A model generated the notes under the pieces. The model did no database searches. It worked only from the letters and a program-made list of their open reading frames with translations, and had not been told where the DNA came from. Made by a program: the position numbers and the translations under genes. This document shows positions 21,001 through 32,940 of a stretch of DNA of 64,000 nt, piece after piece. Location: NCBI GenBank assembly GCA_011523785.1, contig WTFW01000063.1:1615-65614 (forward strand), in the 5' to 3' direction. Source of the DNA: Chloroflexota bacterium. Lineage in GTDB: Bacteria > Chloroflexota > UBA11872. The stretch's first letter is position 1. Each line of letters opens with the position of its first letter.

Positions 21001-22742
21001 TGGACGTGGCCCAGGACGTGATTGTCATGGGCGACGACTGCGGCACGTTGGACGGAATTCCCGTGGAAGTCGGGACCCTGGACGAGGTGCTGGATTCCGT
21101 GGGCGTCCGCTGCTTTGGCCGCTTTCCGGCGCGACCGATCGTGCATCCGGACACCGGCGAGATTATCGTGCCGTTGGGCACGCTGATCGATCACGACCTG
21201 GTCAAGCTGATTGATGACGCCGGCGTGCAGTCGGCCACGGTCCGATCGCCCATGACCTGCGCCAACGCTCGCGGCCTGTGCCAGATGTGCTACGGCATGG
21301 ACCTGGCTCGCCACGGATTGGTGGCGGAGGGCGCCGCCGTTGGCATCATCGCCGCCCAGTCCATGGGCGAGCCGGCGACGCAGCTCACGATGCGGACCTT
21401 CCATCTGGGTGGCATCGCGACCGTGGGCGCGGACATCGTGGATAAGGAGCAGGGCTTGCCGCGAGTGCAGGAACTCTTCGAGGCGCGGATCCCCAAGGGT
21501 GTCGCCGTGATGAGCGACATCGACGGCACGGTCGAAGTCATTGAAGAGGACGAGCAGCGGCGAGTACGGGTTGTTTCAGCTCACGTGCACGAGTACGAGT
21601 ACACGCTTGAGCCGGGCATGGTCCCGATTGTCGACGACGGCGCCGACATTGCCAGGAACGGGGTTCTGGCCGTGCCGACGGCCGAGGCGGAGGACCTGCT
21701 GGCTCGCAAGGCCAAGAGCAAGACCAACACGATCAGCAAGCGCGCGCTGGCCAAGGTCGCCGGCATTGGCGTCACGGCCGAGGCGGACGGCGTGGTGGAA
21801 ATCCACGAGGGCCGGATCGTCGTGCGCGCCGAAGAGGAAGATGTCAGCGAGTACCCGGTCTCGCTGGCCGCTGAACTGCGCGTACATAGCGGCGAATTTG
21901 TCCGCGAGGGCGATCAACTCACCGAAGGACCGCTTAACCCGCACGACATCCTGCGGCTGCGCGGCCGTGCCCAGTTGCAGCAGTACATCGTCAGTGAAGT
22001 CCAGCGTGTCTACCGCATGGTCGGCGTGGCGGTGAACGACAAGCACATCGAGATCATCATCCGCCAGATGCTTCGTCACAACACCGTGGACACGCCGGGT
22101 GACACCTCGCTCTTGCCGGGCACGCTGGTCGACCGGTCCACGCTTGCCCAGACCAACGTGCAAGTCGCGGAAACCGGCGGCCAGGCTGCGGACTCGCACG
22201 AAGTGTTGCTGGGCGTGACCAAGGCCTCGTTGAATAACGAGAGTTTTCTGGCCGCGGCATCGTTCCAGGACACCACGCGCGTGCTCACAGAAGCCGTGGT
22301 GGAAGGCAAGACCGATCAGTTGCATGGGCTGAAGGAGAACGTGATCATCGGCAAGCTCATTCCGGCCGGTACGGGATGGGATCGCTATCACGGTCCGGCG
22401 CTCGAAGCCCCCAGCCAGTCGGACGTCCTGATCGACACCGAGGCCATGCACATGGCCGAGGGGGTGTCGCTTGACGATCTGCGCGATCCCGACAATGGCG
22501 CTGACGCGGCTCCGGACCTGGACATCGGCGCCCAGGCCGGTGTCGCGGCGGGCGGTGCGCCGCCAATGGACGCCGCCGAAAGCGACCTGCTGGCCGGCAT
22601 TGAAGCGTCGCCAAGCGGCGCTAGCGATGAGTTTGCCGATTTCCTGCGCCCCTCGGAGGAGCTCGGTATCGACGAATCGTCGGCCGTACGTCCGGATCCG
22701 GCGGCGGACGGCGAAAACGTTGACGATGGGGAAAGCCGGTGA
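18096..22742 (+). CDS. rpoC: DNA-directed RNA polymerase subunit beta' (1548 aa) with lineage-specific insertion and acidic C-terminal tail
   Basis: The conserved beta' regions are present, including the zinc-binding CxxCxxxxxxxCxxC motif, NADFDGD and the trigger loop. There are about 170 extra residues between FLKG and [10 protein letters not shown], and an Asp/Glu-rich C-terminal tail of about 120 aa. Confidence 0.97.
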   Translation: MLEVNKFSAIRIHLASPDQVRSWSYGEVAKPETINYRTLKPERDGLFCERIFGPTKDWECACGKYKRVRFRGIICDKCGVEVTRSRVRRERMGHIELAAPITHIWFLKGTPSRIGQVLDITPRDLEKIVYFASFIVTDLDAEARDEALGRLDQDLADYIEEIEDQAAIRLGDEQERLEDQVAQLDSQLSDELKRLDTEVQASAESINKEIAAPRKLLTAVGHMSQQKLERDIALSWMSDPLIAAGEKPPADALAQLDAAADAAIADVTSRFEAEKSGASERFNQTKAMERRESEQNVARIEEDRVRDIGDAREFYEERRKDLGTLERGQLLSEPRHQDLTRTCGDVLDAGGRVRHPSVFEAGIGAEAILDLIADVNLDELADELREELNATSKQRQKKAAKRLKVVEAFRRSGNRPEWMILNVLPVLPPELRPMVQLDGGRFATSDLNDLYRRVINRNNRLKRLIELGAPEIIVRNEKRMLQEAVDALIDNGRRGRAVTGSSNHPYKSLSDLLRGKQGRFRQNLLGKRVDYSGRSVIVVGPHLNLNQCGLPTKMALELFKPFVMRKLVDDGHASNIKSAKRMVEHPEPLVWDALEEVTRDHPVLLNRAPTLHRLGIQAFDIVLVRGSAIQIHPLVCTAFNADFDGDQMAVHVPLSRAAQDEARHIMKSTHNILSPADGTPIVSPTKDMVLGAYYLTQSQSDDRAEDDLPAFANFTDAMLAFDHNAVDLQDRIRLRVTPVDFPDEVAGQDGPAFITTTIGRIMLNQAIPRELRFVNEQLDKGGLRRVIEMVFFNTDMDVTGEVANQLKNLGMQWATRSGVTMGITDLEIPAVKRQVEQETDARVSAIRASFDDGLITDDERYRLTVKAWTDAMATVSSSVETSLDPMSPVFMMGNSGAAKGNFDQIRQISGMRGLMSNPAGRIIEMPVRANFREGMSAHEYFISTHGGRKGLADTALRTADSGYLTRRLVDVAQDVIVMGDDCGTLDGIPVEVGTLDEVLDSVGVRCFGRFPARPIVHPDTGEIIVPLGTLIDHDLVKLIDDAGVQSATVRSPMTCANARGLCQMCYGMDLARHGLVAEGAAVGIIAAQSMGEPATQLTMRTFHLGGIATVGADIVDKEQGLPRVQELFEARIPKGVAVMSDIDGTVEVIEEDEQRRVRVVSAHVHEYEYTLEPGMVPIVDDGADIARNGVLAVPTAEAEDLLARKAKSKTNTISKRALAKVAGIGVTAEADGVVEIHEGRIVVRAEEEDVSEYPVSLAAELRVHSGEFVREGDQLTEGPLNPHDILRLRGRAQLQQYIVSEVQRVYRMVGVAVNDKHIEIIIRQMLRHNTVDTPGDTSLLPGTLVDRSTLAQTNVQVAETGGQAADSHEVLLGVTKASLNNESFLAAASFQDTTRVLTEAVVEGKTDQLHGLKENVIIGKLIPAGTGWDRYHGPALEAPSQSDVLIDTEAMHMAEGVSLDDLRDPDNGADAAPDLDIGAQAGVAAGGAPPMDAAESDLLAGIEASPSGASDEFADFLRPSEELGIDESSAVRPDPAADGENVDDGESR

Positions 22743-22814
22743 TAGGCTTTCCGATGTCGCGTGCGGTGCGTTGCCGCCGCGCCTTTTCTACGTAAGGGAT
22801 CCGTAGGTTCAACC

Positions 22815-23228
22815 GTGCCGACGATTAATCAGCTCGTTCGCAAGGGACGAAAGCAGCGCCGGAGCAAGTTGAAGGCGCCGGCGTTGCATTACTCCTATAA
22901 CGGGTTGCGGCGACGCATGCAGCGTGGCGAAGGTTCCCCGCAGAAGCGGGGCGTTTGCACGTTGGTTCGCACGGTAACGCCAAAGAAGCCCAATTCGGCG
23001 CTACGCAAGGTGGCGCGGGTACGCCTATCGAATGGAATTGAAGTGACCGCCTATATCCCGGGCGAGGGTCATCGACTTCAGGAGCATTCGGTGGTGTTGA
23101 TCCGTGGCGGCCGGGTTCGCGACCTGCCGGGTGTTCGATATCACATCGTGCGCGGAACTTTGGACGCGGATGGTGTGGAAGGCCGCCGTCGAAGCCGGTC
23201 GAAATACGGCGCGAAGCGCGGGAGTTAG
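22815..23228 (+). CDS. rpsL: 30S ribosomal protein S12
   Basis: The start codon is GTG, giving [13 protein letters not shown]... The upstream part of the track ORF is leader sequence. Confidence 0.93.
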   Translation: MPTINQLVRKGRKQRRSKLKAPALHYSYNGLRRRMQRGEGSPQKRGVCTLVRTVTPKKPNSALRKVARVRLSNGIEVTAYIPGEGHRLQEHSVVLIRGGRVRDLPGVRYHIVRGTLDADGVEGRRRSRSKYGAKRGS

Positions 23229-23299
23229 AGGCAGGGTACGGCCGCGGATCCGATGATCTTTACCGAACGTGTCGCCGCTCAGCGGCAAGCCTCCCTCTG

Positions 23300-23770
23300 A
23301 TGCCTCGCCGTAAACGGCCGGAGCGCCGCGTGATTCCACCGGACCCGCGCTTCAACAACCGCACGGTCCAGCGCTTTATCAACAAGGTCATGCTGAGCGG
23401 CAAGAAGTCGCTTTCGCAGCGGATCGTCTACCGCGCCTTCGACATCATTGAAGGCCGTACCGGTGCGCCCGCGATTGACGTCTTTGAAGCCGCCGTACGC
23501 AACGCGATGCCGCAGATTGAAGTCAAGCCGCGACGCGTGGGTGGCGCGAATTATCAGGTTCCCGTGGAGATTCGCGGGGATCGTCGCTACTCATTGGCCG
23601 TGCGCTGGCTGATCGACGCTTCGCGGAATCGTGGTGGCCGCTCCATGCCCGAACGCTTGGCGGCGGAGCTGATGGAAGCGGCCGACGGACAGGGCGGTGC
23701 GGTTCGCCGGCGCGATGAGATGCATCGAATGGCGGAAGCAAACCGCGCGTTCGCAATTTACGCGTATTAG
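23300..23770 (+). CDS. rpsG: 30S ribosomal protein S7
   Basis: The N-terminus MPRRKRPERRVIPPDPRFNN... matches S7. Confidence 0.95.
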   Translation: MPRRKRPERRVIPPDPRFNNRTVQRFINKVMLSGKKSLSQRIVYRAFDIIEGRTGAPAIDVFEAAVRNAMPQIEVKPRRVGGANYQVPVEIRGDRRYSLAVRWLIDASRNRGGRSMPERLAAELMEAADGQGGAVRRRDEMHRMAEANRAFAIYAY

Positions 23771-23794
23771 TTCCACCTGTCTGAATCCCGAGAC

Positions 23795-25876
23795 ATGAGG
23801 CCCATGAACACCCTGGATATTTCGCGCACGCGCAACATTGGAATCATTGCCCACATCGATGCGGGCAAGACCACCACCACCGAACGCATCCTGTTCTACT
23901 GCGGCCGGATTCACCGTGTTGGCGAAGTCCACGACGGCAACGCCCAGATGGATTGGATGGCGCAGGAACGTGAGCGGGGCATCACGATTGTGGCCGCCGC
24001 CACCACGGCTTCCTGGAACGACCACCGGATCAACATCATCGATACGCCGGGTCACGTTGACTTCACCGCTGAAGTCGAGCGTTCGTTGCGGGTGCTCGAT
24101 GGCGGGGTGGTCGTCTTTGACGCCGTTAATGGCGTGGAGCCGCAGTCGGAGACCGTCTGGCGGCAGGCAGACCGCTATAGCGTCCCGCGGATCGCCTTCA
24201 TCAACAAGATGGACCGGCGCGGGGCGGACTTTGACGCCACGATCGAATCGATCCGCGAACGGCTGGGCGCCAATCCCGTGCCTATCCAGATTCCGGTCGG
24301 CTTTGAAGCCGACTTCGAGGGCGTGATTGACCTGGTGGCCATGCACGTCATCCGCTGGCCGGCGGACAGTCTTGCAGCCCCTGAGCGAGGCCCGATTCCG
24401 GCGGAACTGGAAGCGTCCGCGCTCGACGCGCGCGAGCAAATGATCGAGGCCCTGGCTGAGCTCGATGACGACATTGCCACCAAGTACCTGGATGGCGAGG
24501 ACCTCCCGACCGCCGAGTTGAAGGTCGCCCTACGGCGGATGACCGTGGCGGCCCAGGGAGTTCCGGTGCTGATGGGTTCCGCCTTGCGCAACAAGGGCAT
24601 CGAGCCGTTGCTGGACGCCATCACAGACTATCTCCCATCGCCGCTGGACGTTCCGCCGGTGACTGGAATCAACCCGAAGACCGGCGCGGAAGAGCAACGG
24701 CGTCCCGCGGAAGACGATCCGTTCACCGCGATCGCGTTCAAGATCGTGGCCGATCCGCACGCCGGCAAGCTGGCCTACTTCCGCGTGTATTCGGGGTCGA
24801 TCAAGCCGGGGGCGACCGTGCTGAATACGGCCGCCGGCAAGCGCGAGCGCCTTTCACGCGTTCTGCGGATGCACGCCGACAAGCGCGAGGAAGTTACCGA
24901 CGCAATCCGCTACGGCGACATCCTGGCCGCCGTGGGAGTCCGCGCGACCAATACCGGCGACACCCTGACGGACCCCAAGTACCCCCTGCAACTGGAGTCC
25001 ATCACCTTCCCCGAGCCCGTGGTGACCATCGCCATCGAACCGAAGAGCCGCGGCGACCAGGACAAGATTATCGACGCGCTGCGGCGGCTGGGTGAGGAAG
25101 ATCCGACCTTCCGAATCAGCGCCAATGAGGAGACGGGGCAGACGCTTATTGCCGGCATGGGCGAGTTGCATCTTGAGGTCATCGTCGACCGCCTGCTTCG
25201 CGAGTACCGGGTGGGCGCTAATGTCGGCCGGCCGCAGGTGTCCTACCGCGAGCGCCCCCGCCGGGAAGCCACCGGGCGTGGCCGCTTCATTCGCCAAACC
25301 GGCGGTCGCGGGCAGTATGGCGACGTGACGGTTGAGCTTGAGCCGCTGGCGTTGGGTACGGGCGTTCAGATTGAACGGCGCATCGTGGGCGGTGCAATTC
25401 CCGTGCAGTTCATTCCCGCCGCCGAGCGCGGGGCCGCGCGCCGGTTGACCAGCGGCCCGCAGGGCATGGAGGTCACCGACGTTCGCATCACCCTGGTCGA
25501 CGGCTCGCACCACGAGGTCGACTCGTCGGAACTCGCGTTTGAGATCGCCGGCGCCATGGCGGTGGAGGACGCGCTGAACCAGGCGCGAACGGATGTGATG
25601 GAGCCGGTAATGGGCGTGCAAGTCGTTGTGCCCGAGGACTACGTGGGCGACACGCTGGCCGGTTTGGCCGCCAAACGGGGCACCATCCACGGCGCTGACA
25701 TGCGTGGCGGATCGCACATCATCGCGGCCGAGGTACCGCTGGCGACAATGTTCGGGTACGCTAACGAGTTGCGTTCGGCGACGCAGGGTCGCGGAACGTT
25801 CTCGATGGAATTTTCCCACTACGCGGTTACCCAACGAGCAGGTGCCGCGGACGGAGTTCTGACGCCGGTTTCGTAA
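23795..25876 (+). CDS. fusA: Elongation factor G
   Basis: The G1-G4 motifs are present ([21 protein letters not shown]). Confidence 0.97.
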   Translation: MRPMNTLDISRTRNIGIIAHIDAGKTTTTERILFYCGRIHRVGEVHDGNAQMDWMAQERERGITIVAAATTASWNDHRINIIDTPGHVDFTAEVERSLRVLDGGVVVFDAVNGVEPQSETVWRQADRYSVPRIAFINKMDRRGADFDATIESIRERLGANPVPIQIPVGFEADFEGVIDLVAMHVIRWPADSLAAPERGPIPAELEASALDAREQMIEALAELDDDIATKYLDGEDLPTAELKVALRRMTVAAQGVPVLMGSALRNKGIEPLLDAITDYLPSPLDVPPVTGINPKTGAEEQRRPAEDDPFTAIAFKIVADPHAGKLAYFRVYSGSIKPGATVLNTAAGKRERLSRVLRMHADKREEVTDAIRYGDILAAVGVRATNTGDTLTDPKYPLQLESITFPEPVVTIAIEPKSRGDQDKIIDALRRLGEEDPTFRISANEETGQTLIAGMGELHLEVIVDRLLREYRVGANVGRPQVSYRERPRREATGRGRFIRQTGGRGQYGDVTVELEPLALGTGVQIERRIVGGAIPVQFIPAAERGAARRLTSGPQGMEVTDVRITLVDGSHHEVDSSELAFEIAGAMAVEDALNQARTDVMEPVMGVQVVVPEDYVGDTLAGLAAKRGTIHGADMRGGSHIIAAEVPLATMFGYANELRSATQGRGTFSMEFSHYAVTQRAGAADGVLTPVS

Positions 25877-25905
25877 CCGCGTACTGCGCAGGAGCACAGG
25901 AGCGA

Positions 25906-27108
25906 ATGGCACGCCAACACTTTGAACGAACCAAGCCGCACGTCAATGTCGGCACGATTGGCCATGTCGACCACGGCAAGACCACGTTGACCGCCGCGAT
26001 TACCAAGGTGCTCTCATACAAGGAACTGGCCGACTTCATGGCCTTTGACGAGATCGACCGAGCGCCTGAGGAAAAGGAACGCGGGATCACGATTTCCATC
26101 ACGCACGCCGAGTACGAGACCGAGAGCCGGCATTACGCGCACATCGACGCGCCCGGCCACCGGGACTACATCAAGAACATGATCACCGGCGCCGCCCAGA
26201 TGGATGGCGCGATCCTGGTCGTTGGCGCGGACGACGGGCCGATGCCCCAGACCTACGAGCACGTGCTCCTGGCTCGCCAAGTTGATGTGCCCGCAATCGT
26301 GGTCTTTCTCAACAAGGCCGACATTGTCGAGGACGAGGAGCTACTGGAGCTCGTTGAGCTCGAGCTTCGCGACCTCTTGAACAAGTACGACTTTGACGGC
26401 GACAACGCGCCGATCATTCCGGGCAGCGCGCTGTTAGCTCTGGAGTCGGAGAGCACGGACCTGGATGCGCCCGAGTACCAGCCGATTCTCGAACTCATGG
26501 AGGCCGTGGACACCTACATCCCGCAGCCGGAGCGTCCAGTCGACCAGCCGTTCCTGATGCCGGTTGAGGACGTCTTTGGAATCAAAGGCCGCGGCACCGT
26601 GGTCACGGGCCGCGTCGAACGCGGCAAGGTTCAGGTCGGAGAGCAGATCGATATCGTCGGTATGCGCTCCGAGATTGACCAGCGCGTTGTCACCGGCGTG
26701 GAGATGTTCCGCAAGACGCTCGATGAAGGCGTCGCCGGCGACAACGTCGGCTGCCTCCTGCGCGGAATCGAGCGTGACGAGGTCGAGCGCGGCATGGTGT
26801 TGGCCAAAACCGGCTCGATCACCCCGCACACCGAATTCCACGCACAGGTTTATGTGCTGACGCGGGACGAGGGTGGGCGCCACACGCCGTTTTTCAGCGG
26901 CTATCGTCCGCAGTTCTACATTCGGACGACGGACGTAACCGGCGAGATCGAGTTGCCGGCCGGGACGGAAATGGTGGTTCCCGGCGACAACGTGGAGATG
27001 ACCGTTCGCCTGCACCAGCCGATCGCGCTGGAAGACGGGGTCAACTTCGCCATTCGCGAAGGCGGCGTAACCGTCGGCGCGGGCGTTGTAACGAACATCG
27101 TCAAGTAA
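25906..27108 (+). CDS. tuf: Elongation factor Tu
   Basis: [18 protein letters not shown] and NKAD motifs are present. Confidence 0.98.
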   Translation: MARQHFERTKPHVNVGTIGHVDHGKTTLTAAITKVLSYKELADFMAFDEIDRAPEEKERGITISITHAEYETESRHYAHIDAPGHRDYIKNMITGAAQMDGAILVVGADDGPMPQTYEHVLLARQVDVPAIVVFLNKADIVEDEELLELVELELRDLLNKYDFDGDNAPIIPGSALLALESESTDLDAPEYQPILELMEAVDTYIPQPERPVDQPFLMPVEDVFGIKGRGTVVTGRVERGKVQVGEQIDIVGMRSEIDQRVVTGVEMFRKTLDEGVAGDNVGCLLRGIERDEVERGMVLAKTGSITPHTEFHAQVYVLTRDEGGRHTPFFSGYRPQFYIRTTDVTGEIELPAGTEMVVPGDNVEMTVRLHQPIALEDGVNFAIREGGVTVGAGVVTNIVK

Positions 27109-27111
27109 CCC

Positions 27112-27504
27112 ATGGCACAAGCGCGCACGCGACCGCCACGCCAGGCTTCATTGGAAGCCTCGGCGCGGCGTGCCCCTGCGCGGCCGCGACGGCAGTCGCC
27201 CACGCAGCGGATCAGAATCCGCCTGAAGGCGTACGACCACCGGGTGCTGGACGATGCGGCCCGGCGAATCATTGACACCGCCGGGCGGACGGGCGCCGAC
27301 GTGCGCGGACCGATTCCGCTGCCTACGGAGCGCAAGACGTGGACGGTGATTCGATCGCCGTTTATCGATAAGGACTCGCGCGAGCAGTTCGAAATGCGCA
27401 CGCACAAGCGCCTGATTGACGTCATAGACCCCACACCGCAAACGATGGACGAACTCCTGCGGCTGCAATTGGCGGCAGGTGTTGACATCGAGTTGAAGTC
27501 GTAG
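27112..27504 (+). CDS. rpsJ: 30S ribosomal protein S10 with an Arg/Pro-rich N-terminal extension of about 29 aa
   Basis: The conserved S10 core starts at [12 protein letters not shown]. The only ATG in frame is 27112, 3 nt after the tuf stop. An alternative TTG at 27151 is possible. Confidence 0.85.
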   Translation: MAQARTRPPRQASLEASARRAPARPRRQSPTQRIRIRLKAYDHRVLDDAARRIIDTAGRTGADVRGPIPLPTERKTWTVIRSPFIDKDSREQFEMRTHKRLIDVIDPTPQTMDELLRLQLAAGVDIELKS

Positions 27505-27506
27505 CC

Positions 27507-28148
27507 ATGTCCGTAGGACTGATCGGCCGCAAGCTGGGCATGACGCAGGTGTTCGACGAGCAAGGCCGCGCCCTGGGCGTTTCGGTCATCCAGGCTGGTC
27601 CTTGTCACGTCACCCAGGTGCGTACCGAAGCAGACGACGGCTACTCGGCCGTGCAACTCGGCTTCGACCCCGTGCCCGAGCGCCGACTGACCCGAGCCGA
27701 ACGTGGTCATCTGGGTCGCCTTCCGCCATATCGTGTGCTCCGCGAGTTCCGGGCCGACGAGGGCGCGGATGTCTCGGTGGGAGATGAACTAACCGTGGCC
27801 AACGTGGAGCTTGGCGAGCGAGTCGATGTGGTCAGCGTGTCAAAAGGCAAGGGTTTCGCTGGTGTCGTGAAGCGCCATGGATTCAGAGGCGGCAAGCGAA
27901 CCCACGGGCAGTCTGACCGCGAACGCGCGCCTGGATCGGTTGGCGCGGGCACATCGCCAAGCCGTGTTTTCAAAGGTACGCGTATGGCTGGACGTATGGG
28001 CGGGGGCCGGGCTACATCCCGCAACCTGACCGTGGCGAAGGTCGACGTCGAACGAGGACTTGTTCTCCTGGTAGGGGCCGTGCCCGGGCCGCGCGATACG
28101 GTCGTCGCGATCCGGCCGGTTCGCAAGTCGATTCGGAAGATGGATTGA
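27507..28148 (+). CDS. rplC: 50S ribosomal protein L3
   Basis: N-terminus [20 protein letters not shown]... Confidence 0.95.
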   Translation: MSVGLIGRKLGMTQVFDEQGRALGVSVIQAGPCHVTQVRTEADDGYSAVQLGFDPVPERRLTRAERGHLGRLPPYRVLREFRADEGADVSVGDELTVANVELGERVDVVSVSKGKGFAGVVKRHGFRGGKRTHGQSDRERAPGSVGAGTSPSRVFKGTRMAGRMGGGRATSRNLTVAKVDVERGLVLLVGAVPGPRDTVVAIRPVRKSIRKMD

Positions 28149-28759
28149 TGGCTGCCGAAGTGCCGGCGTCAGCCGAAATCTCTCCCGTTGCCAGCGACTG
28201 CTTTGGTGATTCCGACGCGTCCGCTGAGTTGCTGCATCGCATGCTGACCGCACATGCCGCCAGTCAGCGCCAGGGCACGGCTAACACCAAGAGCCGCGGC
28301 GAGGTCGCGGCCAGTACGGCCAAGCTCTACCGGCAGAAGGGCACCGGCCGAGCCCGCGCCGGAAGCGCCCGTTCGCCCATCCGGCGAGGGGGCGGCGTGG
28401 CATTTGGCCCCAAGCCGCGCCGGACGCGCCTGCACGTGAACAAGCGAGAGCGCCGTCAAGCCGTACGCGCGCTCCTGGCAGCCAAGGCTGCTGATGAATC
28501 CATCCGTGTGGCGGCATCGTGGGGCGATTCACCCAAGACTCGCGACCGCGCCGCATGGTTGCGAGCCGCCGGTCTGGCAGGACGTGTGCTGCTGGTGGAC
28601 GTTGACCCGCCGGAAGAACTGCGGCGCTCGGCGCGCAACATTCCCAACGTGGACGTTGAGCGGGCCGATACCCTGAACTTCTACGACATTGCCGTCGCCG
28701 ACCACATTGTGACCAGCCAGCCGGCGTTGGATGCGCTGCAGCGGCGAGTTGGCGCATGA
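28148..28759 (+). CDS. rplD: 50S ribosomal protein L4
   Basis: The ATG overlaps the rplC TGA (TGATG). The L4 core is KGTGRARAGS. Confidence 0.9.
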   Translation: MAAEVPASAEISPVASDCFGDSDASAELLHRMLTAHAASQRQGTANTKSRGEVAASTAKLYRQKGTGRARAGSARSPIRRGGGVAFGPKPRRTRLHVNKRERRQAVRALLAAKAADESIRVAASWGDSPKTRDRAAWLRAAGLAGRVLLVDVDPPEELRRSARNIPNVDVERADTLNFYDIAVADHIVTSQPALDALQRRVGA

Positions 28760-29040
28760 ACCCTTCCGACGTCATTACGCGGCCAATCGTGACCGAGAAA
28801 TCCACCGCGCTCAGTGAACTCGGGAAGTACGTCTTCCAGGTTCGGCGCGGGGCCTCCAAGCACGCGGTCAAGCGCGCCGTTGAAGCCATGTTTCACGTGG
28901 AAGTGTCATCGGTCAACGTAATGAACGTACGTGGAAAGCCGCGACGGATGGGACGATTTGAAGGCCAGCGCTCCAACTGGCGAAAGGCCGTGGTGACCCT
29001 GCGCGAGGGCCACAGCATTGAAGTGGTGCCAGGGGTCTAG
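28756..29040 (+). CDS. rplW: 50S ribosomal protein L23
   Basis: There is an ATGA overlap with rplD. The L23 sequence is present: VITRPIVTEKS... Confidence 0.93.
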   Translation: MNPSDVITRPIVTEKSTALSELGKYVFQVRRGASKHAVKRAVEAMFHVEVSSVNVMNVRGKPRRMGRFEGQRSNWRKAVVTLREGHSIEVVPGV

Positions 29041-29043
29041 CCG

Positions 29044-29874
29044 ATGGGACTTCGTAACTTCAACCCAACGTCGCCAGGCCGGCGCGGCTATGTCGCCGTC
29101 GACAACGCGGAACTGTCAGGCGATCGGCCGCTGAAGAAGCTGCTGCGGCCGCTATCCAAGCGCGCCGGTCGAAACAACAGCGGACGGATCACCGTGCGAC
29201 ATCGCGGTGGCGGCTCGAAGCGGCGCTACCGTGTCATCGACTGGCACCGCGATAAGTCCGGCGTGCCGGCCGTGGTGGCTAGCATCGAATACGATCCCAA
29301 CCGGTCGGCCCACATTGCGCTCCTGCACTATCGTGACGGTGAGAAGCGGTACATCCTGGCGCCGGTGGGAATCGGCGTGGGCAGCGAACTCATCTCTGGC
29401 CCAGGCGTCGAGCCCCGGCCGGGGAACGCATTGCAGTTGTCTCGCATCCCGGCGGGTACGGAAGTGCATGCCGTTGAGATGACGCCCGGGCGCGGCGCCC
29501 AACTCGTGCGTTCGGCCGGCATGGTGTGCCAACTCATGGCCAAGGACCGCGGCTTTGCGACGCTTCGATTGCCGTCGGGCGAGATGCGTCAAGTGTCCGA
29601 TGCTTGTATGGCGACCGTGGGGCGCGTCGGAAACGCGGATCACAGCAATCAGTCGGCCGGGAAGGCCGGTCGGATACGCTGGCGCCGTCGCCGTCCGCAA
29701 GTGCGCGGCGCAGCCATGAACCCCACCGACCATCCGCACGGCGGCGGCGAGGGTAAAGCGCCGGTTGGCATGCCAGGGCCCAAGACGCCGTGGGGCAAGC
29801 CCACCCAGGGTCGCCGAACTCGCGTCGGACGGCGTCGCAGCGACAAGTTCATTGTGCGCCGGCGGAACAGGTAG
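29044..29874 (+). CDS. rplB: 50S ribosomal protein L2
   Basis: Motifs: [28 protein letters not shown]. Confidence 0.97.
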   Translation: MGLRNFNPTSPGRRGYVAVDNAELSGDRPLKKLLRPLSKRAGRNNSGRITVRHRGGGSKRRYRVIDWHRDKSGVPAVVASIEYDPNRSAHIALLHYRDGEKRYILAPVGIGVGSELISGPGVEPRPGNALQLSRIPAGTEVHAVEMTPGRGAQLVRSAGMVCQLMAKDRGFATLRLPSGEMRQVSDACMATVGRVGNADHSNQSAGKAGRIRWRRRRPQVRGAAMNPTDHPHGGGEGKAPVGMPGPKTPWGKPTQGRRTRVGRRRSDKFIVRRRNR

Positions 29875-29880
29875 GACGGT

Positions 29881-30165
29881 ATGTCGCGCAGTACGAAAAA
29901 AGGTTGGTACATCCACCCAAAGCTTGAAAAGCGTGTTGCGGAAGCCTCGCGCAGTCGCCGGAAGCAGGTTATTCGCACCTGGAGCAGGGCCAGCGTGGTG
30001 CATCCGGAAATGGTCGGACTAACCATCGCCGTCCACGACGGGCGGCGTCACGTTCCGGTGTATATCTCAGAAAATATGGTCGGGCATCGGCTTGGCGAAT
30101 TCGCCCCGACACGCACGTTTCGCAGCCATGCGCGCGGACGTGCGACAGCGCCGATGGGACCCTGA
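29881..30165 (+). CDS. rpsS: 30S ribosomal protein S19
   Basis: N-terminus [17 protein letters not shown]... Confidence 0.95.
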   Translation: MSRSTKKGWYIHPKLEKRVAEASRSRRKQVIRTWSRASVVHPEMVGLTIAVHDGRRHVPVYISENMVGHRLGEFAPTRTFRSHARGRATAPMGP

Positions 30166-30168
30166 CCC

Positions 30169-30507
30169 ATGGAAGTTTCCGCAACCGCCAAGCACGTGCG
30201 CATGTCCCCCCAGCGTGGGCGGGCCATTGCACGTGAGTTGTCGGGACTTGAGATCGACCAGGCCATGGCTACCCTGGCGTTCATGCCCAACAGAGCGGCT
30301 GCTGAGATTGCCAAAGTGGTCAAGTCCGCGGCGGCCAACGCCGAGCACAACTACGCCCTGGACCGCGACGCGCTGCGCATTCAGTCAGTCGTCGTGAACG
30401 ACGGTCCTGCGCTTCGGCGCCATCGGCCCAGATCGCGTGGTCGGGTCGGGATGTACCTCAAGCGTTCCGGTCACATTACCGTGACCGTGGAAGACGGAAT
30501 GACATAG
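30169..30507 (+). CDS. rplV: 50S ribosomal protein L22
   Basis: Sequence: AKHVRMSPQRGRAIAREL... Confidence 0.93.
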   Translation: MEVSATAKHVRMSPQRGRAIARELSGLEIDQAMATLAFMPNRAAAEIAKVVKSAAANAEHNYALDRDALRIQSVVVNDGPALRRHRPRSRGRVGMYLKRSGHITVTVEDGMT

Positions 30508-30509
30508 GC

Positions 30510-31259
30510 ATGGGTCGCAAAGTTCATCCCATTGGATACCGCCTGGGCTACACCACGCGCTGGGAAAGTACCTGGTATGCCGACCGCGACTACACGGAAT
30601 TGCTGCTGGAAGATCTGGCAATCCGCGATCTGGTACGTGGCTACCTTGAAGCGCCCAACGGGCGCAATGCGGCGCGCCGCGGCGGCCGCCGGCGCGGCAG
30701 TTACGGGGCGGGGGTATCCAAGATTGAAATCGAGCGCCAGGTCAGCCAGGTTCGAGTAGTGATCCATACGGCGCGGCCGGGCATCGTGATCGGACGGGGT
30801 GGTAGCAACCGTGAGGAGATTCAGAATCGGATTGAACGGCATACCGGCAAGCGCGTAGTCGTGGATGTCGAAGAGATCGGCCAGCCCGAGCTCGATGCGT
30901 TTCTGGTTGTCCGCAATGTTGCCGATCAGCTTGAGCGTCGGGTTTCCTTCCGGCGGGCCATCAAGATGACGGCGGAACGAACCATGCGCGCGGGTGCGCA
31001 GGGCGTGAAGATTATGGTTAGCGGCCGCCTGGGCGGCCGCGAAATGTCGCGCAGCGAGTTTGAACTCCTGGGCACCGTCCCGCTCCAGACGTTGGACGCC
31101 GATATTGACTATGGCTTCACGGAGGCGCGAACGTCGGCCGGCCGGATCGGCGTCAAGGGCTGGGTCCACCGCGGGGCGGCTCGAGATGCAGCCGAGCTGT
31201 TCACGGAAACGGTATCGCGACCCGTTGCAGGCCGTCGGCGGCGGCCACCGCGAGGTTAG
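30510..31259 (+). CDS. rpsC: 30S ribosomal protein S3
   Basis: [20 protein letters not shown]..., followed by a KH domain. Confidence 0.95.
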   Translation: MGRKVHPIGYRLGYTTRWESTWYADRDYTELLLEDLAIRDLVRGYLEAPNGRNAARRGGRRRGSYGAGVSKIEIERQVSQVRVVIHTARPGIVIGRGGSNREEIQNRIERHTGKRVVVDVEEIGQPELDAFLVVRNVADQLERRVSFRRAIKMTAERTMRAGAQGVKIMVSGRLGGREMSRSEFELLGTVPLQTLDADIDYGFTEARTSAGRIGVKGWVHRGAARDAAELFTETVSRPVAGRRRRPPRG

Positions 31260-31261
31260 CC

Positions 31262-31687
31262 ATGCTGATGCCAAAGCGAACCAAATTCCGCAAGATGCAC
31301 CGGGGGCGCCGCCGCGGCCGGGCCGCGCGTGGCGACTCGCTCGTCTCGGGCGACTTCGGGCTGCAGGCCACCACGGTGGGATGGGTCGACAGTCGCGAGA
31401 TCGAGGCGGCTCGCCGGGCCATCACCCACTCGGTTCGGCGTACCGGCCAGCTCTGGATTCGCATCTTTCCTGACAAACCCATTACCCAGAAACCCGCCGA
31501 GGTCCGCATGGGCAGTGGGAAAGGCAATGTCGAGAGTTGGGTCGCCGTGATCAAGCCAGGCCGGATTCTCTTCGAACTGGCCGGCGTTGAAGAAGCGATG
31601 GCACGCGAAGCCATGCGCCTGGCCTCACACAAGCTCTCGGTTCAGACGCGTGTCGTATCACGTTCCGCGGAGGTCACCATTGGCTAA
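31262..31687 (+). CDS. rplP: 50S ribosomal protein L16
   Basis: N-terminus [19 protein letters not shown]... Confidence 0.95.
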   Translation: MLMPKRTKFRKMHRGRRRGRAARGDSLVSGDFGLQATTVGWVDSREIEAARRAITHSVRRTGQLWIRIFPDKPITQKPAEVRMGSGKGNVESWVAVIKPGRILFELAGVEEAMAREAMRLASHKLSVQTRVVSRSAEVTIG

Positions 31688-31895
31688 GGCTGACCAGTTC
31701 CGGGACCTGAGCGATGACGAGCTGGAGACCCGGATTGCGGAAACCAAGGAAGAGCTTTTCCGGCTGCGTGTCCAGCACGCGACGTTGCAGTTGGCGGATA
31801 CATCGCAGCTTCGCCACGTGCGGCGCGATATCGCACGCATGCTGACCGTTCAGCGCGAACGCACGTTCGCGTCAATCCAGATGGAAGAAGGCTAA
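31680..31895 (+). CDS. rpmC: 50S ribosomal protein L29
   Basis: A TTG start at 31680 overlaps the rplP stop, giving (M)[34 protein letters not shown]... The track ORF's upstream 31 codons are a shadow inside rplP. Confidence 0.8.
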   Translation: MAKADQFRDLSDDELETRIAETKEELFRLRVQHATLQLADTSQLRHVRRDIARMLTVQRERTFASIQMEEG

Positions 31896-31898
31896 CCC

Positions 31899-32237
31899 GT
31901 GCCAGGGGCGCGTGCGCAGCGGATCGGTCGCGTAGCGAGTGATCGGGCCGACAAGACCATCATCGTCGAGGTGGAGTCGATCCGCCGTCATCGGCTGTAT
32001 AAGAAGCCAGTGCGAATTCGGCGCAGATTCATGGCCCACGACCCGGAAAACTCGTGCCGCATCGGCGACGTGGTTCAGATCGAGGAATCGCGGCCAATAA
32101 GCCGGCGGAAGCGCTGGCGATTGATCGAGGTCATTGAAAGAACCCGGCTGACGGATGAAGAACGCCAGGCGGCTTTGGGCGCCGGAGTGGCCGAGGAACA
32201 GTCGGACGACAGTTCCGGGGATTTACAGAACGCGTAA
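31899..32237 (+). CDS. rpsQ: 30S ribosomal protein S17 (with C-terminal extension)
   Basis: The start is GTG. The S17 core is [17 protein letters not shown]... Confidence 0.9.
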   Translation: MPGARAQRIGRVASDRADKTIIVEVESIRRHRLYKKPVRIRRRFMAHDPENSCRIGDVVQIEESRPISRRKRWRLIEVIERTRLTDEERQAALGAGVAEEQSDDSSGDLQNA

Positions 32238-32242
32238 CCCAC

Positions 32243-32608
32243 ATGATTCAGCAACAGAGCCGGCTCCGAGTCGCCGACAACAGCGGCGCGCGCGAAATCA
32301 TGTGCATCCGCGTGCTGGGCGGATCGTCGCGAAAGTACGCGCGCGTGGGCGACATTATTGTGGGCAGCGTCAAACAAGCGGCGCCCAACAGCGCTGTTCC
32401 GCGAGGATCCGTGGTGCGGGCTGTGGTGGTGCGGGTGAATAAGGAGTACCGGAGGCCCGACGGCTCGCGGATCCGCTTTGACGACAACGCCGCCGTATTG
32501 CTTGAGGGAGAAGTTCCTCGCGGTACGCGCATCTTTGGGCCTGTTGGGCGCGAACTGCGAGACCGTCGGTTTATGCGCATCGTCTCGCTGGCGCCGGAGG
32601 TCTTGTAG
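32243..32608 (+). CDS. rplN: 50S ribosomal protein L14
   Basis: N-terminus [18 protein letters not shown]... Confidence 0.97.
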   Translation: MIQQQSRLRVADNSGAREIMCIRVLGGSSRKYARVGDIIVGSVKQAAPNSAVPRGSVVRAVVVRVNKEYRRPDGSRIRFDDNAAVLLEGEVPRGTRIFGPVGRELRDRRFMRIVSLAPEVL

Positions 32609-32610
32609 CG

Positions 32611-32940
32611 ATGTCGGTTCGACGATTTCGAATCCGCAAAGGCGATACGGTCCAGGTGCTCCAGGGCCGCGACGTTGGGCGGCGAGGCGTGGTGGAGCGC
32701 GTGGTGCCGGCCACGGGACGTGTGGTTGTGGAGGGCGTGAACGTTCGAAAGCGTCACGCGAGGCCGAGGGCCATCGGACAGCCAGCGGGTATCATTGACT
32801 TCAACGCCCCACTTGACGCGTCAAACGTCATGCTGGTGTGCCCCGTCTGCGACCAGCCGGTGCGCGTCGGCTACACGCGGGGCGACGACGGCAGGAAGCG
32901 GCGACGCTGCCGCCGATGCAACGAACAGATTGACGAGTGA
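32611..32940 (+). CDS. rplX: 50S ribosomal protein L24
   Basis: A KOW motif region is present (IRKGDTVQVLQGRDVG). Confidence 0.93.
   Translation: MSVRRFRIRKGDTVQVLQGRDVGRRGVVERVVPATGRVVVEGVNVRKRHARPRAIGQPAGIIDFNAPLDASNVMLVCPVCDQPVRVGYTRGDDGRKRRRCRRCNEQIDE

Noticed and set aside
24854-25912. 352-aa minus-strand ORF inside fusA
   Set aside because: It is antisense to EF-G and its composition is junk.
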